From the NCBI GenBank assembly GCA_963796275.1, contig CAWCKY010000006.1:1312001-1376000 (forward strand): a stretch of DNA of 64,000 nucleotides. The letters run 5' to 3'. This document shows positions 10,128-20,577 of the stretch, piece by piece. Under the pieces are notes generated by a model. It worked only from the letters and a program-made list of their open reading frames with translations. It did no database searches and had not been told where the DNA came from. The first letter of the stretch is position 1; each line of letters begins with the position of its first letter. This DNA is from an uncultured Acidobacteriota bacterium (GTDB lineage: Bacteria; Acidobacteriota; Blastocatellia; RBC074). Both the position numbers and the translations under genes were made by a program.

Positions 10128-12536
10128 TTGCACCGTATGGGTGTACCAGGAATGCGAGATAAAACGGTTACCATCGCGAGTATTATTTCGCCGGCGATGC
10201 GGGAACTGATGCGGCGGGTTGAAGCTGCTGCACATTTCCTGTTGCTGTTACGCCCCGGAACTACCAAACTAGATTTTATCGCCGCAGGCGACCCTCAGGA
10301 TTTAGAACTGCCTCTGCTTGACCGATATCAGACGGCCATGGATCAAGCGTTCGAGGCAAAATTCAAAAAGATATTGAGACAAAAGAAGAGCAGCCTCTCT
10401 GATCTGAGCAACCCGCGCGTCCTCTTCGATCTCTGCAGTGAAATAGTGGCGGCATCTCAGAAGAGCCTGGGGGATGGTGAAATAAATGATGAATACCTCT
10501 CCGCTGTTGCCGGTCGCTGGTTGGAAGAGAACCCGCTCTTGCTGGGAGATGTCCCCAAGCTGACGGCCAGGGCTTCCGATCGATGGCGCGCTCAGCCCGC
10601 CGGGCGCGCTCAGTTGAGGTTCCAGGATGCTCTGGATTGGTGCGCGGGCTATGGTTCTTCGCTGGATGCCGCGCGATCTGACAATTACGATAGATATAAA
10701 GAATACACGGAGTTGATGAGCGAGACGGTGCTCAAAGTACCTCACTCTGCCAGCCGCCCAAACCTCGTCACAACGGATAACCTCAAAGTGATCCTGGCTG
10801 AGCACCTGCTCGCGTATAAAACCTACACCAGGTCTTTCGCGAAGGATTCGGGGCTCACCTTCTTTTTCCAGCCGCTCAAGGGGCTCGGGCAATATCGCGC
10901 CGCGATAGATTGGGTAACCGTCGAAAATTCCGGCGGTATTCCCAGCCATCAGACCGAGTCGCGGCTCAATAAAGAAGCATCGCCATTACAGCAGCGGGCG
11001 CTGGAGCTGCTGTTCACCCAATCTTTATTGCGATATTTCGTCAACTCGCTTCAGCAAGCTTTGAGCAGCTGGGAGGCGGGTAACGAAGAATCTTCAGACA
11101 ACCTCAGACGCGTATTCGCCGACCTGTGGTGGGCCAACGAAGTACGTTTCTTCAAAGACGGCCAATTCAGAAATCTTTTAGTGCGTTCGGAGAGTGAGCG
11201 CGATGTTACCTGGTCCACCTCGTCAGACGATCGTGATAGCGGCAATCGCGGCAATCGGGGCAAATGGGGCAATCGTAACAGCGACCGGCTTCGACGACTG
11301 AACTGGGAATTCTACAAAGGTAACTACCGCGACTTCCTGGCGACATCCGGCGGAAAGCATCCCGATTTGACTAACATCAGGCTGAACCTGAGCGCCCTGG
11401 TTGACCCCAGGAAAACCGATAACGTTCTTCAACAATTATTGAAAGCTGCATCTATCAGCCAACGGGACCTGGCAGGCGCCGTCGCCGATTTACCTTTCGA
11501 CGAGGTGATCTTCGCCTGTTATTTCGTTCATCCCGCCGCCGAAGATTTCTCGGTTTGGGTCGACCAATTGGCCACTTCTATTCTCTGGAACCTGATCGAA
11601 CAGATTAAACATCGGCGAAAGGTAGTTGAAAGCAGAGCCGAGGCATTGGAAGGTGCCGCTCACTGGATCAACAGCCTGATGCGAGTTTCCGGCAGGGATG
11701 ATGCCGTCAAACAACTCGATCGGGCGATCGGCACGTTGGAGAACGATGAAAATCCGGGCGCGGAATTGCATGCGAGGCTGATAAAGGTCAGGCGGTTACT
11801 CATCCTCCAGGTGTTACCGGAAAGCGGTGCCGGCGTATTTCGCCTGATCGGCACGCTGCGCAGCGAAAATTATGACAAACTGCGCAACTGGTTCACGAAG
11901 ACATCGAAAGAACAATGGGAAAGACCTGAAGCATTCGATCAATACCTGCGATCTATCACTCACCTGGCGCGCGCGATCGGTAGCGCTCTCGGGCGCCCTC
12001 ACCTCATCGTCGAAGCAAACGGGAAGCAAACCTGTTATAAAGACGATTGCGTACTTGATACCTACGAACTGCAGTTCCCACCACTGTCGAAAGCGGAAAC
12101 TGATATGGAGGCTGTCCTGGCTCTTCTCCCCGCATTGACGGAGCCGCTGACCAACGCCATCCTCTATTTGGAAAAGATTGAGCAAAGAACAAAATTCCAC
12201 CAGGGCGAATCGTCAAAGCCGAGACCGATTAAACTTCAGATAGAAGACGCTCGCCCATCACACATCCTCGTAAAAATCGGCAATCCATACTTCGGAACAA
12301 ACGAAGCACCCTCTCTGCCAGGGGTTTCGATCACCCGCCGACTGATGTCCTTCACCAAACTGGCTGACATCGATGACAAAGTTGAGATCAATGAAGATCA
12401 CGATGGACGCTACTTGTGGGTGTCTGTGCGTTTGCACCCGCAGATGCTCGCCGAACTGATTGGCCATATCAAACCGAAGGAAATGCTCAATTCATATGAT
12501 AAAACCGAGAAAGCTAAGACTGCTGATAGTAGATGA
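10128..12536 (+). CDS. Divergent soluble histidine kinase-like protein
   Basis: Coiled-coil-like segment then GAAHWINSL (H-box-like, His codon 11661). EPLTNAILY is N-box-like; VKIGNP and PGVSITRRLM are degenerate G boxes. No obvious TM helix. Start uncertain. Confidence 0.6.
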   Translation: MHRMGVPGMRDKTVTIASIISPAMRELMRRVEAAAHFLLLLRPGTTKLDFIAAGDPQDLELPLLDRYQTAMDQAFEAKFKKILRQKKSSLSDLSNPRVLFDLCSEIVAASQKSLGDGEINDEYLSAVAGRWLEENPLLLGDVPKLTARASDRWRAQPAGRAQLRFQDALDWCAGYGSSLDAARSDNYDRYKEYTELMSETVLKVPHSASRPNLVTTDNLKVILAEHLLAYKTYTRSFAKDSGLTFFFQPLKGLGQYRAAIDWVTVENSGGIPSHQTESRLNKEASPLQQRALELLFTQSLLRYFVNSLQQALSSWEAGNEESSDNLRRVFADLWWANEVRFFKDGQFRNLLVRSESERDVTWSTSSDDRDSGNRGNRGKWGNRNSDRLRRLNWEFYKGNYRDFLATSGGKHPDLTNIRLNLSALVDPRKTDNVLQQLLKAASISQRDLAGAVADLPFDEVIFACYFVHPAAEDFSVWVDQLATSILWNLIEQIKHRRKVVESRAEALEGAAHWINSLMRVSGRDDAVKQLDRAIGTLENDENPGAELHARLIKVRRLLILQVLPESGAGVFRLIGTLRSENYDKLRNWFTKTSKEQWERPEAFDQYLRSITHLARAIGSALGRPHLIVEANGKQTCYKDDCVLDTYELQFPPLSKAETDMEAVLALLPALTEPLTNAILYLEKIEQRTKFHQGESSKPRPIKLQIEDARPSHILVKIGNPYFGTNEAPSLPGVSITRRLMSFTKLADIDDKVEINEDHDGRYLWVSVRLHPQMLAELIGHIKPKEMLNSYDKTEKAKTADSR

Positions 12537-14454
12537 CGAGCTCAGGCCGTCATTATCCGGTTACATGATTCCTGAATTGCTCGACCTCTGGTATCCGGGG
12601 AAAGGCATACCAGGAATATCCTCATGGCAAACGGCGATACAATTTTGGAACTCGTTTCAAGGAGGTGTAATACCTGATCTGGTGGTAGCTGACGTACGTT
12701 TTGTTAATGATGACACATCGCCCCTCTCCCGGCTTTTCCAATACCCGGAAGTTAATAACATTCCGACCGGCCTCTCACATTTGAAGACGTTCGCGGTATT
12801 GGCCCGGGCGCTGCGTCTACCCCTCGGGGTAGGTATCCGGACAATGGATCCTTCGCTCTGGAGAAAGCAGATTGAATCATCGAGGTATGAGCATAAAGCG
12901 ATGGGCTTGCTCGCGGCACACGAGGCGGGCGAATTGGCTTCGATTCTTGGGGACGATTTGCAATTGGGGAGCTTCGAGGACTGCCAACATATCGACTCCT
13001 GTTTGGAATGGTTGAGGAACAGGTCCGGTACGGTGTTCGAGCTCGGGCTGAAGATGGCTCTGCGCGATTACCGCCGGCGTCTCTACCTTCTGCTTACATC
13101 GCCGGGCGATGCCAATGTATTCGTGAGGCCGAGCCATTACGCCGAATTGATGGGCTGGTGTCATAGAATGGAGGCTGACCCGCAGCCGCTCGATGCCAAG
13201 CATGACTTCGGACTAGAATTGTCCTATCACAATGGAAAACGCGACGTTATCTCATTGGCCTCGCTATTCTCTGATTATGATCGGATCGCAAGCAGAGCAT
13301 TGGAGCCTTCATCGTTTGCCGTCGATGGCGCTGCCGGCGCGGCAGACGCGGAGGCGGCCAATGCCAGCGTGATGGAACCATGGAAGTTGGATGACAACGG
13401 GCTGCCCAGAATCGGCGCATTCCTCAAACCGCTGGGTTCATTGAACGCAGCGCTCAATGACGCGGCGGAGGCGCTCAGAGAATATCAGATAAGCTATCCG
13501 CTGCCTGAATCATATAAGCCACCTACATTAGCGGCGATTAAAAAGCGCAGCAAGTATTCGAGCTTGACCGCGGCCCTGACGGTCTTGCTCCAATTCGTTC
13601 GAATTGCGCAAAAGAAGGTGGAAGAATGGGAGGATCGCTTCGGAGTTTATGCCTGGGAGCCGGAGAAGCTTCAGTTTATTTCCGACCCGCCATCGCCGGA
13701 CCACAGTCTGCTGCGCGTGTTACAGGACCTGACCACTTTGATCGGTGCGACTGTCGAGGCAGATGATGAGTTTACAATTGACGATATTTTCGAAGGCCAA
13801 TACGTTGATGCCTACGAAAATAATGAACCGCGCTGGATCAAAGAGATCGCGGTGACTCTCAACGGTGATGGACGGCCTGAGATTATGAGCGGGAACTGGA
13901 TCAGAATCCGCACGGATCGGAGCGAACAAAATAATGATTGGGTGAAGTGGCATTTCGAGAGGCTGATTGATGCCCGGGTGTTGGAGCGCCGGAGGGTCGG
14001 CTACGAAGACTATTATGTGCTTCGGGAAGATTGGCGTCAGAATCAACTCCGATCTGCACCGCCGCCGGCTCCTCCGGGATTTCCCAAAGTAATTACCGCG
14101 ATGCAGCGGTTGCAGCCTCCCTGCCGCTGCAAGAAAAATAGCGAGGAGAAGACTGCATTACCGGAGTATCCGACGTCTATACAGTGGCTGAAGGTGAGTT
14201 TGGGGTACAACTGTTATAGCGACTATAACTCGGTCGAGCGAGAGCTGGGCGCGGCATTCGGTTTTATCGCCGCGCCGGATGAAACTGGTAGTGAATTGGA
14301 GAAATCCGCTTTGAAGGCCAAGGCCGGGAGAGTTATTCTAAACGAACTCGAAAAGGGCGAGTTACCGTTCTTCCTCGCGGAAATATGCCGGGAGTACGCA
14401 ACCCAATATCTGAAATGGCCCAGGGAGAAATGGCCCAGGTGGCTGATTGAATGA
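12496..14454 (+). CDS. Receiver-domain protein with large unknown C-terminal region
   Basis: LRLLIVDDE, PDLVVAD (Asp codon 12691), PTGL and VGIRT match REC strands. Overlaps the upstream gene; the track starts at 12460. Confidence 0.65.
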   Translation: MIKPRKLRLLIVDDELRPSLSGYMIPELLDLWYPGKGIPGISSWQTAIQFWNSFQGGVIPDLVVADVRFVNDDTSPLSRLFQYPEVNNIPTGLSHLKTFAVLARALRLPLGVGIRTMDPSLWRKQIESSRYEHKAMGLLAAHEAGELASILGDDLQLGSFEDCQHIDSCLEWLRNRSGTVFELGLKMALRDYRRRLYLLLTSPGDANVFVRPSHYAELMGWCHRMEADPQPLDAKHDFGLELSYHNGKRDVISLASLFSDYDRIASRALEPSSFAVDGAAGAADAEAANASVMEPWKLDDNGLPRIGAFLKPLGSLNAALNDAAEALREYQISYPLPESYKPPTLAAIKKRSKYSSLTAALTVLLQFVRIAQKKVEEWEDRFGVYAWEPEKLQFISDPPSPDHSLLRVLQDLTTLIGATVEADDEFTIDDIFEGQYVDAYENNEPRWIKEIAVTLNGDGRPEIMSGNWIRIRTDRSEQNNDWVKWHFERLIDARVLERRRVGYEDYYVLREDWRQNQLRSAPPPAPPGFPKVITAMQRLQPPCRCKKNSEEKTALPEYPTSIQWLKVSLGYNCYSDYNSVERELGAAFGFIAAPDETGSELEKSALKAKAGRVILNELEKGELPFFLAEICREYATQYLKWPREKWPRWLIE

Positions 14455-14504
14455 AGTTCGGCCGGGAGCCCGGACTCCAGACGATTAACTCCAGAGTTTC
14501 TTAT

Positions 14505-15848
14505 ATGAAAAACAAACCATACTTGTTCATTTTACTGATCGCGGCTGCCGCCGGGCTCGTATCGGCTCAAAGCAGCCAGGAACCGAAGAAAACCTCGGTC
14601 AGCGCATTCGTCGACGTCAATGTTATCCCGATGGATCGCGAGCGCGTCGTCGAGAACCAGACGGTAATCGTGCGCGACGGGCGAATTGTTGAGATCGGGC
14701 CTTCCAATAAGATCAAAGTACCCGATGGAGCGGCGCGGATCGACGGTAACGGCAAATACCTGATGCCCGGGCTCGCCGAGATGCACGGCCACATCCCGCC
14801 GCCTCAAGCTCCGAAGGAATACACGGAAGCGGTGCTATTTCTTTACGTCGCTAATGGCGTTACCACCGTCAGAGGGATGTTGGGCGCGCCGAACCAGTTG
14901 GAGCTGCGAGGCAGGGCCGATCGCGGCGAGATAATTTCCCCGACGCTCTATCTAGCCGGCCCGAGCTTCAACGGCAACTCGGTCAATTCGCCGGAACAGG
15001 CAGTCTCGATGGTGCGGCAACAGAAGCAGGAAGGATGGGATTTGCTCAAGGTTCATCCGGGTCTCACCAGAGATGAATACGACGCGATGGCAAAAACGGC
15101 CAAGGAGGTAAACATTCGGTTTGCCGGCCACATCCCGGCCGATGTCGGTCTCATTCATGCGCTTGAAATGGGTCAGGAAACGATAGATCACGTCGACGGT
15201 TATATCGAGTATCTCGATGGCGATAAGGCGCCGGTCGATGAAGCCAAGCTCGGCGATGTCGTGCGGCGCAGCAAGGCCGCGGGCGTCTGGATCGTTCCGA
15301 CCATGGTGTTATGGGAGACTCTGATAGGTTATACATATCCGGAATTGCTGTCGGCGATGCCCGAGCTGAAATACGCCCCTCCGCAACAGGTCGAGCAATG
15401 GAAAAAAATTCACCGCGACCGCCTCAATCAGCCGAATTTCGATCGCAAGACGGCGGAGTTGATCGCGGCAAACCGCATGCGAATATTGAAGGCGCTGCAC
15501 GATGGCGGCGTCAAAATTCTGCTCGGCACCGATGCGCCGCAACAGTTCAGCGTCCCGGGCTTCTCGATCCATCGGGAGATGGCATTCATGGTGAAATGCG
15601 GATTCACCCCATCCCAGGTGATTCATTCGGGCACGAAGAATGTCGGCGAATATTTCAAGGGCAAAGACAACTTCGGAACCATCGATGTCGGAAAACGCGC
15701 CGATCTGATTCTGGTGGAGAGCAATCCGTTAAAGGATGTAACCGCGGTTGCCAGGCGCGCCGGCGTGATGGTGCGGGGGAAGTGGCTGCCGGAGAGCGAA
15801 ATTCGCAGAAGACTGGACGAGATTGCGGCCTCGTGGCGACCGCAGTAA
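14505..15848 (+). CDS. Secreted amidohydrolase family protein
   Basis: Signal peptide; MPGLAEMHGH, GVTTVR, LGTDA and GKRADLIL motifs. Confidence 0.9.
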   Translation: MKNKPYLFILLIAAAAGLVSAQSSQEPKKTSVSAFVDVNVIPMDRERVVENQTVIVRDGRIVEIGPSNKIKVPDGAARIDGNGKYLMPGLAEMHGHIPPPQAPKEYTEAVLFLYVANGVTTVRGMLGAPNQLELRGRADRGEIISPTLYLAGPSFNGNSVNSPEQAVSMVRQQKQEGWDLLKVHPGLTRDEYDAMAKTAKEVNIRFAGHIPADVGLIHALEMGQETIDHVDGYIEYLDGDKAPVDEAKLGDVVRRSKAAGVWIVPTMVLWETLIGYTYPELLSAMPELKYAPPQQVEQWKKIHRDRLNQPNFDRKTAELIAANRMRILKALHDGGVKILLGTDAPQQFSVPGFSIHREMAFMVKCGFTPSQVIHSGTKNVGEYFKGKDNFGTIDVGKRADLILVESNPLKDVTAVARRAGVMVRGKWLPESEIRRRLDEIAASWRPQ

Positions 15849-16045
15849 TACATCTCTAAATCAACATGCTTTAAATTCAGGAAAAATATTTAGACTGAAT
15901 AAAAAGCTCTCTGTGAATGGCGGACCTTTGGCGTGGGTTGCTTGCAAGCACCCGGTACTCCAAAGTGCTCCGCCATCTCTACATCACCGCGGTAGCTAAG
16001 TCTTTTCGTTTAACATCCCTCGGGACTTGCGAACTCGCTTATCCG

Positions 16046-16197
16046 GGAGCGCCAGAGGCGCGACATATTTATAGATTTTTTCGTAATAGTGCCCCAGCTC
16101 CGGAGGAGCGGCATATAAACGGCATCATATGCCGCTCGCTCCGGAGCTGGAGAGATTTACTAGCCATGTTCTATAAACGTACCGCTCCTCCGGAGCT
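16046..16197. repeat. Cluster of four REP-like palindromes (AGCTCCGGAGGAGCG family), two forward and two reverse
   Basis: CCAGCTCCGGAGGAGCGGCATAT...ATATGCCGCTCGCTCCGGAGCTGG nested within an outer pair. A solo copy lies at 20056..20072. Confidence 0.75.
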
Positions 16198-16313
16198 AAG
16201 AACCGATAATCTCATTTTCTGAATTCGCCACAGAATCTGGAAGCGTGCATACCCGGTCAGGTCAATATTTCTACGGAATCACAAATGCCCCCCACAGAAT
16301 GTCCCTCCGCCTC

Positions 16314-16341
16314 TTGACAAGTAATTCGATAGAGGTACTTT
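16314..16341 (+). promoter_or_regulatory. Putative sigma70 promoter of the cyclase operon
   Basis: TTGACA-16 bp-TACTTT. Confidence 0.4.
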
Positions 16342-16404
16342 ACCAGATATCCTTACGCGCGTGAGCAGGATGTCTGACGTTCCCACAATTCTTCGGAGGA
16401 GAAA

Positions 16405-17454
16405 ATGAAACGCAAAATTCTATTGATCGCGGCTGTATTCGTCTCGGGTATGTTGGTCAGCTCGATTGTGATCGGGCAACAATCGCAGCTGAAAAAGTGG
16501 CAGAAGGGAAAAGGGTGGGGCTGGGTGTGGGGCAAAGATGATGAGGTCGGCGCTCTCAACGAGATGACCGATGCTTCGCGGCTATCGGCAATGCGGCTCG
16601 CCGACCGCGGTAAAACCTACGATCTAGGCGTGCTCTATGACCGCACCTCATTCAAATGGCCCGGACACAGCCCTGGCGAGATACTCTCATTTCGGACCCC
16701 CGAGGGGGTCAAGCGGCAGCAGGATTTGCCGCAGATTGTCAACAACAACACCAGCCGTACGGCCTGGCACAGCTCGGCGCTCTTCATCAACGATAACGTG
16801 GCTACGCAGATCGACGGCCTCGGGCACGCGACTGAGGGAGATGACGACCACTGGTATAACGGTTTCAAAGAGAAGGACTGGGGCGGCAACTGGGGGCCGC
16901 GCAAGGCCGATGCCTCGACCATTCCTCCTATCATCGCCCGCGGTGTGCTAATCGACATGGCCGGCGCGAAGGGAGTCGACGCATTGCCGAGCAACTACAT
17001 CATCACGGTTGAAGACCTGGAAGCCGCCCTGCGCAAACAGGAGACCCAGCTCAAACCCGGTGATGTCGTCCTGATCCGAACAGGCGCGTTGCGCTATTGG
17101 GGTGAGACTGGAAGCGATCACGCGCAGCTCGCAAAGCACGACTCCGCGGGAATCAATGTCGAGACGGCTAAGTGGCTTGTCGAACAGAATGGAGCTATGA
17201 TGATCGGCAGCGATACGAGCGGCCTGGAATACAATCCGAAAGACGAGGATGCTATGGCTTACCGCGGCAAATATCGTTCATTCATGCCGGTCCATAATTA
17301 CCTGCTGATCGAGCAGGGAATACATCTCGGCGAGTTCCATTACCTCGAAGACCTGGCACGCGAACAAGTCTACGAGTTCTGTTACATCGCCTGCACCAAC
17401 AAGATCAAGGGATCGACGGCGGGATTTACGCTGAGGCCCATAGCAGTTCGATAG
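16405..17454 (+). CDS. Secreted cyclase-family (kynurenine formamidase-like) metal hydrolase
   Basis: WGKDDEVGALN, TQIDGLGH, RGVLID, GDVVLIRTG, GSDT and VHNYLLIEQGI motifs. Confidence 0.88.
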   Translation: MKRKILLIAAVFVSGMLVSSIVIGQQSQLKKWQKGKGWGWVWGKDDEVGALNEMTDASRLSAMRLADRGKTYDLGVLYDRTSFKWPGHSPGEILSFRTPEGVKRQQDLPQIVNNNTSRTAWHSSALFINDNVATQIDGLGHATEGDDDHWYNGFKEKDWGGNWGPRKADASTIPPIIARGVLIDMAGAKGVDALPSNYIITVEDLEAALRKQETQLKPGDVVLIRTGALRYWGETGSDHAQLAKHDSAGINVETAKWLVEQNGAMMIGSDTSGLEYNPKDEDAMAYRGKYRSFMPVHNYLLIEQGIHLGEFHYLEDLAREQVYEFCYIACTNKIKGSTAGFTLRPIAVR

Positions 17455-17479
17455 TTCGTCCAACCAAGGAGGATTAGAT

Positions 17480-18457
17480 ATGAAACGCAGGACTATGATT
17501 GGCGGCCTGGTAGGAGGGGCATTCGCCGGGTTGGGAGGCGAAGTTACTAATACCAAACCATCCGTTATCAAAGAGGGTGATATACCAATGCGCACGTTCG
17601 GCAAAACGGGTGTGAAACTTACCGTCATCGGCCAGGCCGGAGGCCGATTTCCGTTGACTACAGATGAAGAAGCGATCGCAGTGACCAGAAGAGCTGTGGA
17701 ACTCGGCATCAATTATTTCGACACGGCGCATAGTTATTGGAATGGCCATTCCGAGGAGATTTACGGAAAGGTTCTGCCGCAGTTTCGCAAGCAGGTTTTC
17801 ATTACCACGAAATCCACTATGCGCACGCGTGGGGAAGCTGAACGAGAGCTGGATCTTTCGCTCAAGCGCCTCGGGACAGACTATGTGGACCTGTGGCAGG
17901 TGCACGCGATCATGGACAAACAAGATGTAGATAAGGTTTTCGCGCCGGGCGGGGCGATCGAGGCATTCGAGGCGGCCAAGAAGGCGGGCAAGTGCCGCTT
18001 CATCGGCTTCACCGGGCACGCAGATCCTTACGCGCACCTGGAGATGCTGAAGAGGTACGATAAGTGGGATACGATCCTGATGCCGCTCCATATCGCCGAT
18101 CCGCTCTACCTGAGCTTTGAGAAACTGGTATTGCCTGTTGCCGTTGATAAAGGGCTGGGGATTCAGGGAATGAAGAATTTCGCGAATGCCAAGCTATTGC
18201 AGACGTTCAGCGTGAAGGAATGCCTGAATTATGTTTTGAGTTTACCGATCCACTGTACGGCAATCGGCTGCACAACTATCGGGCAGCTGGAAGACGATGT
18301 GAGGGTGGCGCAGAGCTTCAAGCAGTTTAGCGCGGACCAGATGGCTTCTTTACGCGCGCGGGCTGATAGGATCAAAGGACCAATGCTCGAGGATTGGAAG
18401 AAGAACGTCGAAACCAAGGTGAGCAGGGTGGATCGGCCGGAATACATTGGCGGATAG
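17480..18457 (+). CDS. Aldo/keto reductase with a Tat-like leader
   Basis: [33 protein letters not shown] and RFIGFTGH motifs. Confidence 0.9.
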   Translation: MKRRTMIGGLVGGAFAGLGGEVTNTKPSVIKEGDIPMRTFGKTGVKLTVIGQAGGRFPLTTDEEAIAVTRRAVELGINYFDTAHSYWNGHSEEIYGKVLPQFRKQVFITTKSTMRTRGEAERELDLSLKRLGTDYVDLWQVHAIMDKQDVDKVFAPGGAIEAFEAAKKAGKCRFIGFTGHADPYAHLEMLKRYDKWDTILMPLHIADPLYLSFEKLVLPVAVDKGLGIQGMKNFANAKLLQTFSVKECLNYVLSLPIHCTAIGCTTIGQLEDDVRVAQSFKQFSADQMASLRARADRIKGPMLEDWKKNVETKVSRVDRPEYIGG

Positions 18458-18489
18458 ACCGAAGTAATCCCAATTGCGAGGAACACTCT

Positions 18490-18978
18490 ATGACTAAATT
18501 TATCGATCGACGCAGTTTTCTTGGGCAGTCTGCACTTATCGCTGCTGAAATGAGTTTGATGAGTCTGGCCGGCGAGCAGTTGATTGCGGGTGAAATCGTC
18601 GAGAATCACGGCGGTCTCTCCTCGAACGGAGAATGGCTGGCAGCCGTCATCAAGAGAGTGAACCATCCGAGCTGCGGCACCCTGCCTGATTTCGGGAACT
18701 TCAACCTGGGCGACGGCAAGAAATACGACCCTTATAGAGGGGTTCGGGAACTGATGCCATTCGCCAAGGGTGTGAGCGCCAAGTCCGGCGAATTCGATGA
18801 GCAGGGGAATGAGAGCGGCATAGATTACCCTCGCATTATGAAGATCGTGCTCGATGCAGGCTATCGGGGATACGTCGGCATCGAATACAGCGGTAACAAA
18901 CTTAGTGAACCGGAGGGCATTCGCGCAACCAAAAAGCTTTTAGAGCGAGTCAGCGCCGAATTATCAGGAGCGAATTAA
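18490..18978 (+). pseudogene. Internally deleted Tat sugar-phosphate isomerase/epimerase (xylose isomerase-like)
   Basis: RRSFL leader joined almost directly to IVENHGG...TLPDFGNF...GIEYSG. The N-terminal half of the barrel is missing. Confidence 0.6.
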
Positions 18979-18990
18979 CAAAGACTGGAG

Positions 18991-19476
18991 GTGGGTATGT
19001 TCTGTCCGTCATGCGGCGTCGAATCCACGAACAAGACAAAATATTGCAAAAGTTGCGGAACGAACTTGAACTCGACCGGAACCACGGTTGAGGTTCATAT
19101 CCAACGACCGCCGGTTGCGGCGATGACATTTGCGATCACTGCTTTCGCCATCATTGGTTTTTTAGCTTCATTGATGACACTTCTCAAGTTGTCCGTAAGA
19201 GGCATTGACGAGAGGTTCCTGATACCTATTTTCTTCTTTTGCGTGATGTTTGTTTTCCTAGTTGCAGGGTTGCTTTCATGGCAACTGGGGCGCTTGATCA
19301 ACGCTTACCGTGATACCATAAAACATACAATCGAAAATGAAAGAGCCGAAACCTCAATTCCATCGCAGCCCGTGCTCCCGCAGCGGCGGCAGTCGTATGT
19401 GCCTCCCGTGCAGGAGCCTGTCTCCGGTGTGACCGAGCATACGACTCGAACGTTCAGTCCTTCACTTGAAGAGTAA
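18991..19476 (+). CDS. Zinc-ribbon, two-TM membrane protein
   Basis: CPSC...CKSC, two hydrophobic helices, Pro-rich linker and C-terminal VTEHTTRTF. Confidence 0.8.
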   Translation: MGMFCPSCGVESTNKTKYCKSCGTNLNSTGTTVEVHIQRPPVAAMTFAITAFAIIGFLASLMTLLKLSVRGIDERFLIPIFFFCVMFVFLVAGLLSWQLGRLINAYRDTIKHTIENERAETSIPSQPVLPQRRQSYVPPVQEPVSGVTEHTTRTFSPSLEE

Positions 19477-19481
19477 CGGAT

Positions 19482-19964
19482 TTATCGATTCTCGCCGTTT
19501 GACCTCGCATTTGACCGGTGTTCGAATTTGCCGAATATAGTGAGTATGATCCAGGACAGGATAGTGCTCATCAAAGCCAGCGGCAGGCGCCCTAATCCAA
19601 CGGCTACACCAACGGCCGCAGTCATCCAGATGCCGGCTGCCGTGGTCAGCCCTTCGATCTCGCGTTGCTCGTGTAGTTTGAGGATAGCCCCGCCTCCGAT
19701 GAATCCGATTCCGGTGGCAAGCCCCTGGATTACCCTGGATAGACCATCCCAATCCATCCCGCCTTCTAGAGGCGCAAGTACAAAGAGAGCCGCGCCCAGA
19801 GAGACCAGCATATGTGTTCTTAGCCCCGCCGGCTTGCCCGTCCTCTCACGCTGAAATCCGATCAATGCGCCAAAAAGCATAGCGGCGAGCAGCCGGACGA
19901 TTATACGCACAAACTGCCTTCTATCAGGCATTCCCGCGAGAAGTTCCTCTAAAATGATGTCCAT
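19482..19964 (-). CDS. MgtC/SapB family membrane protein
   Basis: KPAGLRTHMLVSLG, TGIGFIGGGAI and GLTTAAGIW motifs. Confidence 0.92.
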   Translation of the reverse strand: MDIILEELLAGMPDRRQFVRIIVRLLAAMLFGALIGFQRERTGKPAGLRTHMLVSLGAALFVLAPLEGGMDWDGLSRVIQGLATGIGFIGGGAILKLHEQREIEGLTTAAGIWMTAAVGVAVGLGRLPLALMSTILSWIILTIFGKFEHRSNARSNGENR

Positions 19965-20100
19965 TCGCGATTCGCCCCCACGTCTATCTGGGGAGAGAAA
20001 GGAGATTGTTTGTCAGGGAGTATTGTTTATAGTTTTTGATAACATGTTTTTCGCAAGCTCCGGAGCGGAGCGATTCCAATGACCTTCTATTTGCAATCAT

Positions 20101-20577
20101 TCAATATTTGCCGTAGCCGCTGTCATGCGGCAATCCATTTTGTTTGGCGGCGCACACGGCCAATTCATCGCACCGCTCATTCTCTTTGTTCCCGGCATGT
20201 CCTCTGACCCAGACAAATTTGACTTCGTGCTGCGCGCATAAGGTGAGCAGTTGTTCCCACAGGTCGGCATTAACAGCCATCTCCTTTTTGTTTCTTCTCC
20301 ACCCATTCGCCTTCCACCGGCTTGCCCAGCCCAGCGTGATAGCGTTTACCACATACTGTGAATCGCTATAAATGGTTACATCGCAGTTCGCGTTCAGTGC
20401 CTTCAACCCGGCTATCGCTGCGAAAATTTCCATGCGGTTGTTTGTGGTCAGGCGAAAACCGCCTGATATTTCTTTTCTGGTATTTTGATATAACAGAACG
20501 GCGCCATATCCCCCGGGTCCGGGGTTGCCCAAACATGCACCGTCAGTGTAAATAACAACTTTTTTTGTATCAGACAT
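20101..20577 (-). CDS. rnhA: Ribonuclease HI
   Basis: [31 protein letters not shown] and [15 protein letters not shown] motifs. Confidence 0.97.
   Translation of the reverse strand: MSDTKKVVIYTDGACLGNPGPGGYGAVLLYQNTRKEISGGFRLTTNNRMEIFAAIAGLKALNANCDVTIYSDSQYVVNAITLGWASRWKANGWRRNKKEMAVNADLWEQLLTLCAQHEVKFVWVRGHAGNKENERCDELAVCAAKQNGLPHDSGYGKY

Noticed and set aside
10180-10260. Sigma54 activator AAA+ domain suggested by SPAMRELMRRVEAAA
   Set aside because: No Walker A (GESGTGKE) or GAFTGA motif follows.
14451-14504. Amidohydrolase as a translationally coupled fourth gene of the PLP-HK-REC operon
   Set aside because: The ATGA overlap depends on the longest-ORF start; the signal peptide indicates a start at 14505. 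Linkage is unproven.
15917-16222. 101-aa ORF
   Set aside because: Runs through a REP cluster and has no recognisable motif or RBS.
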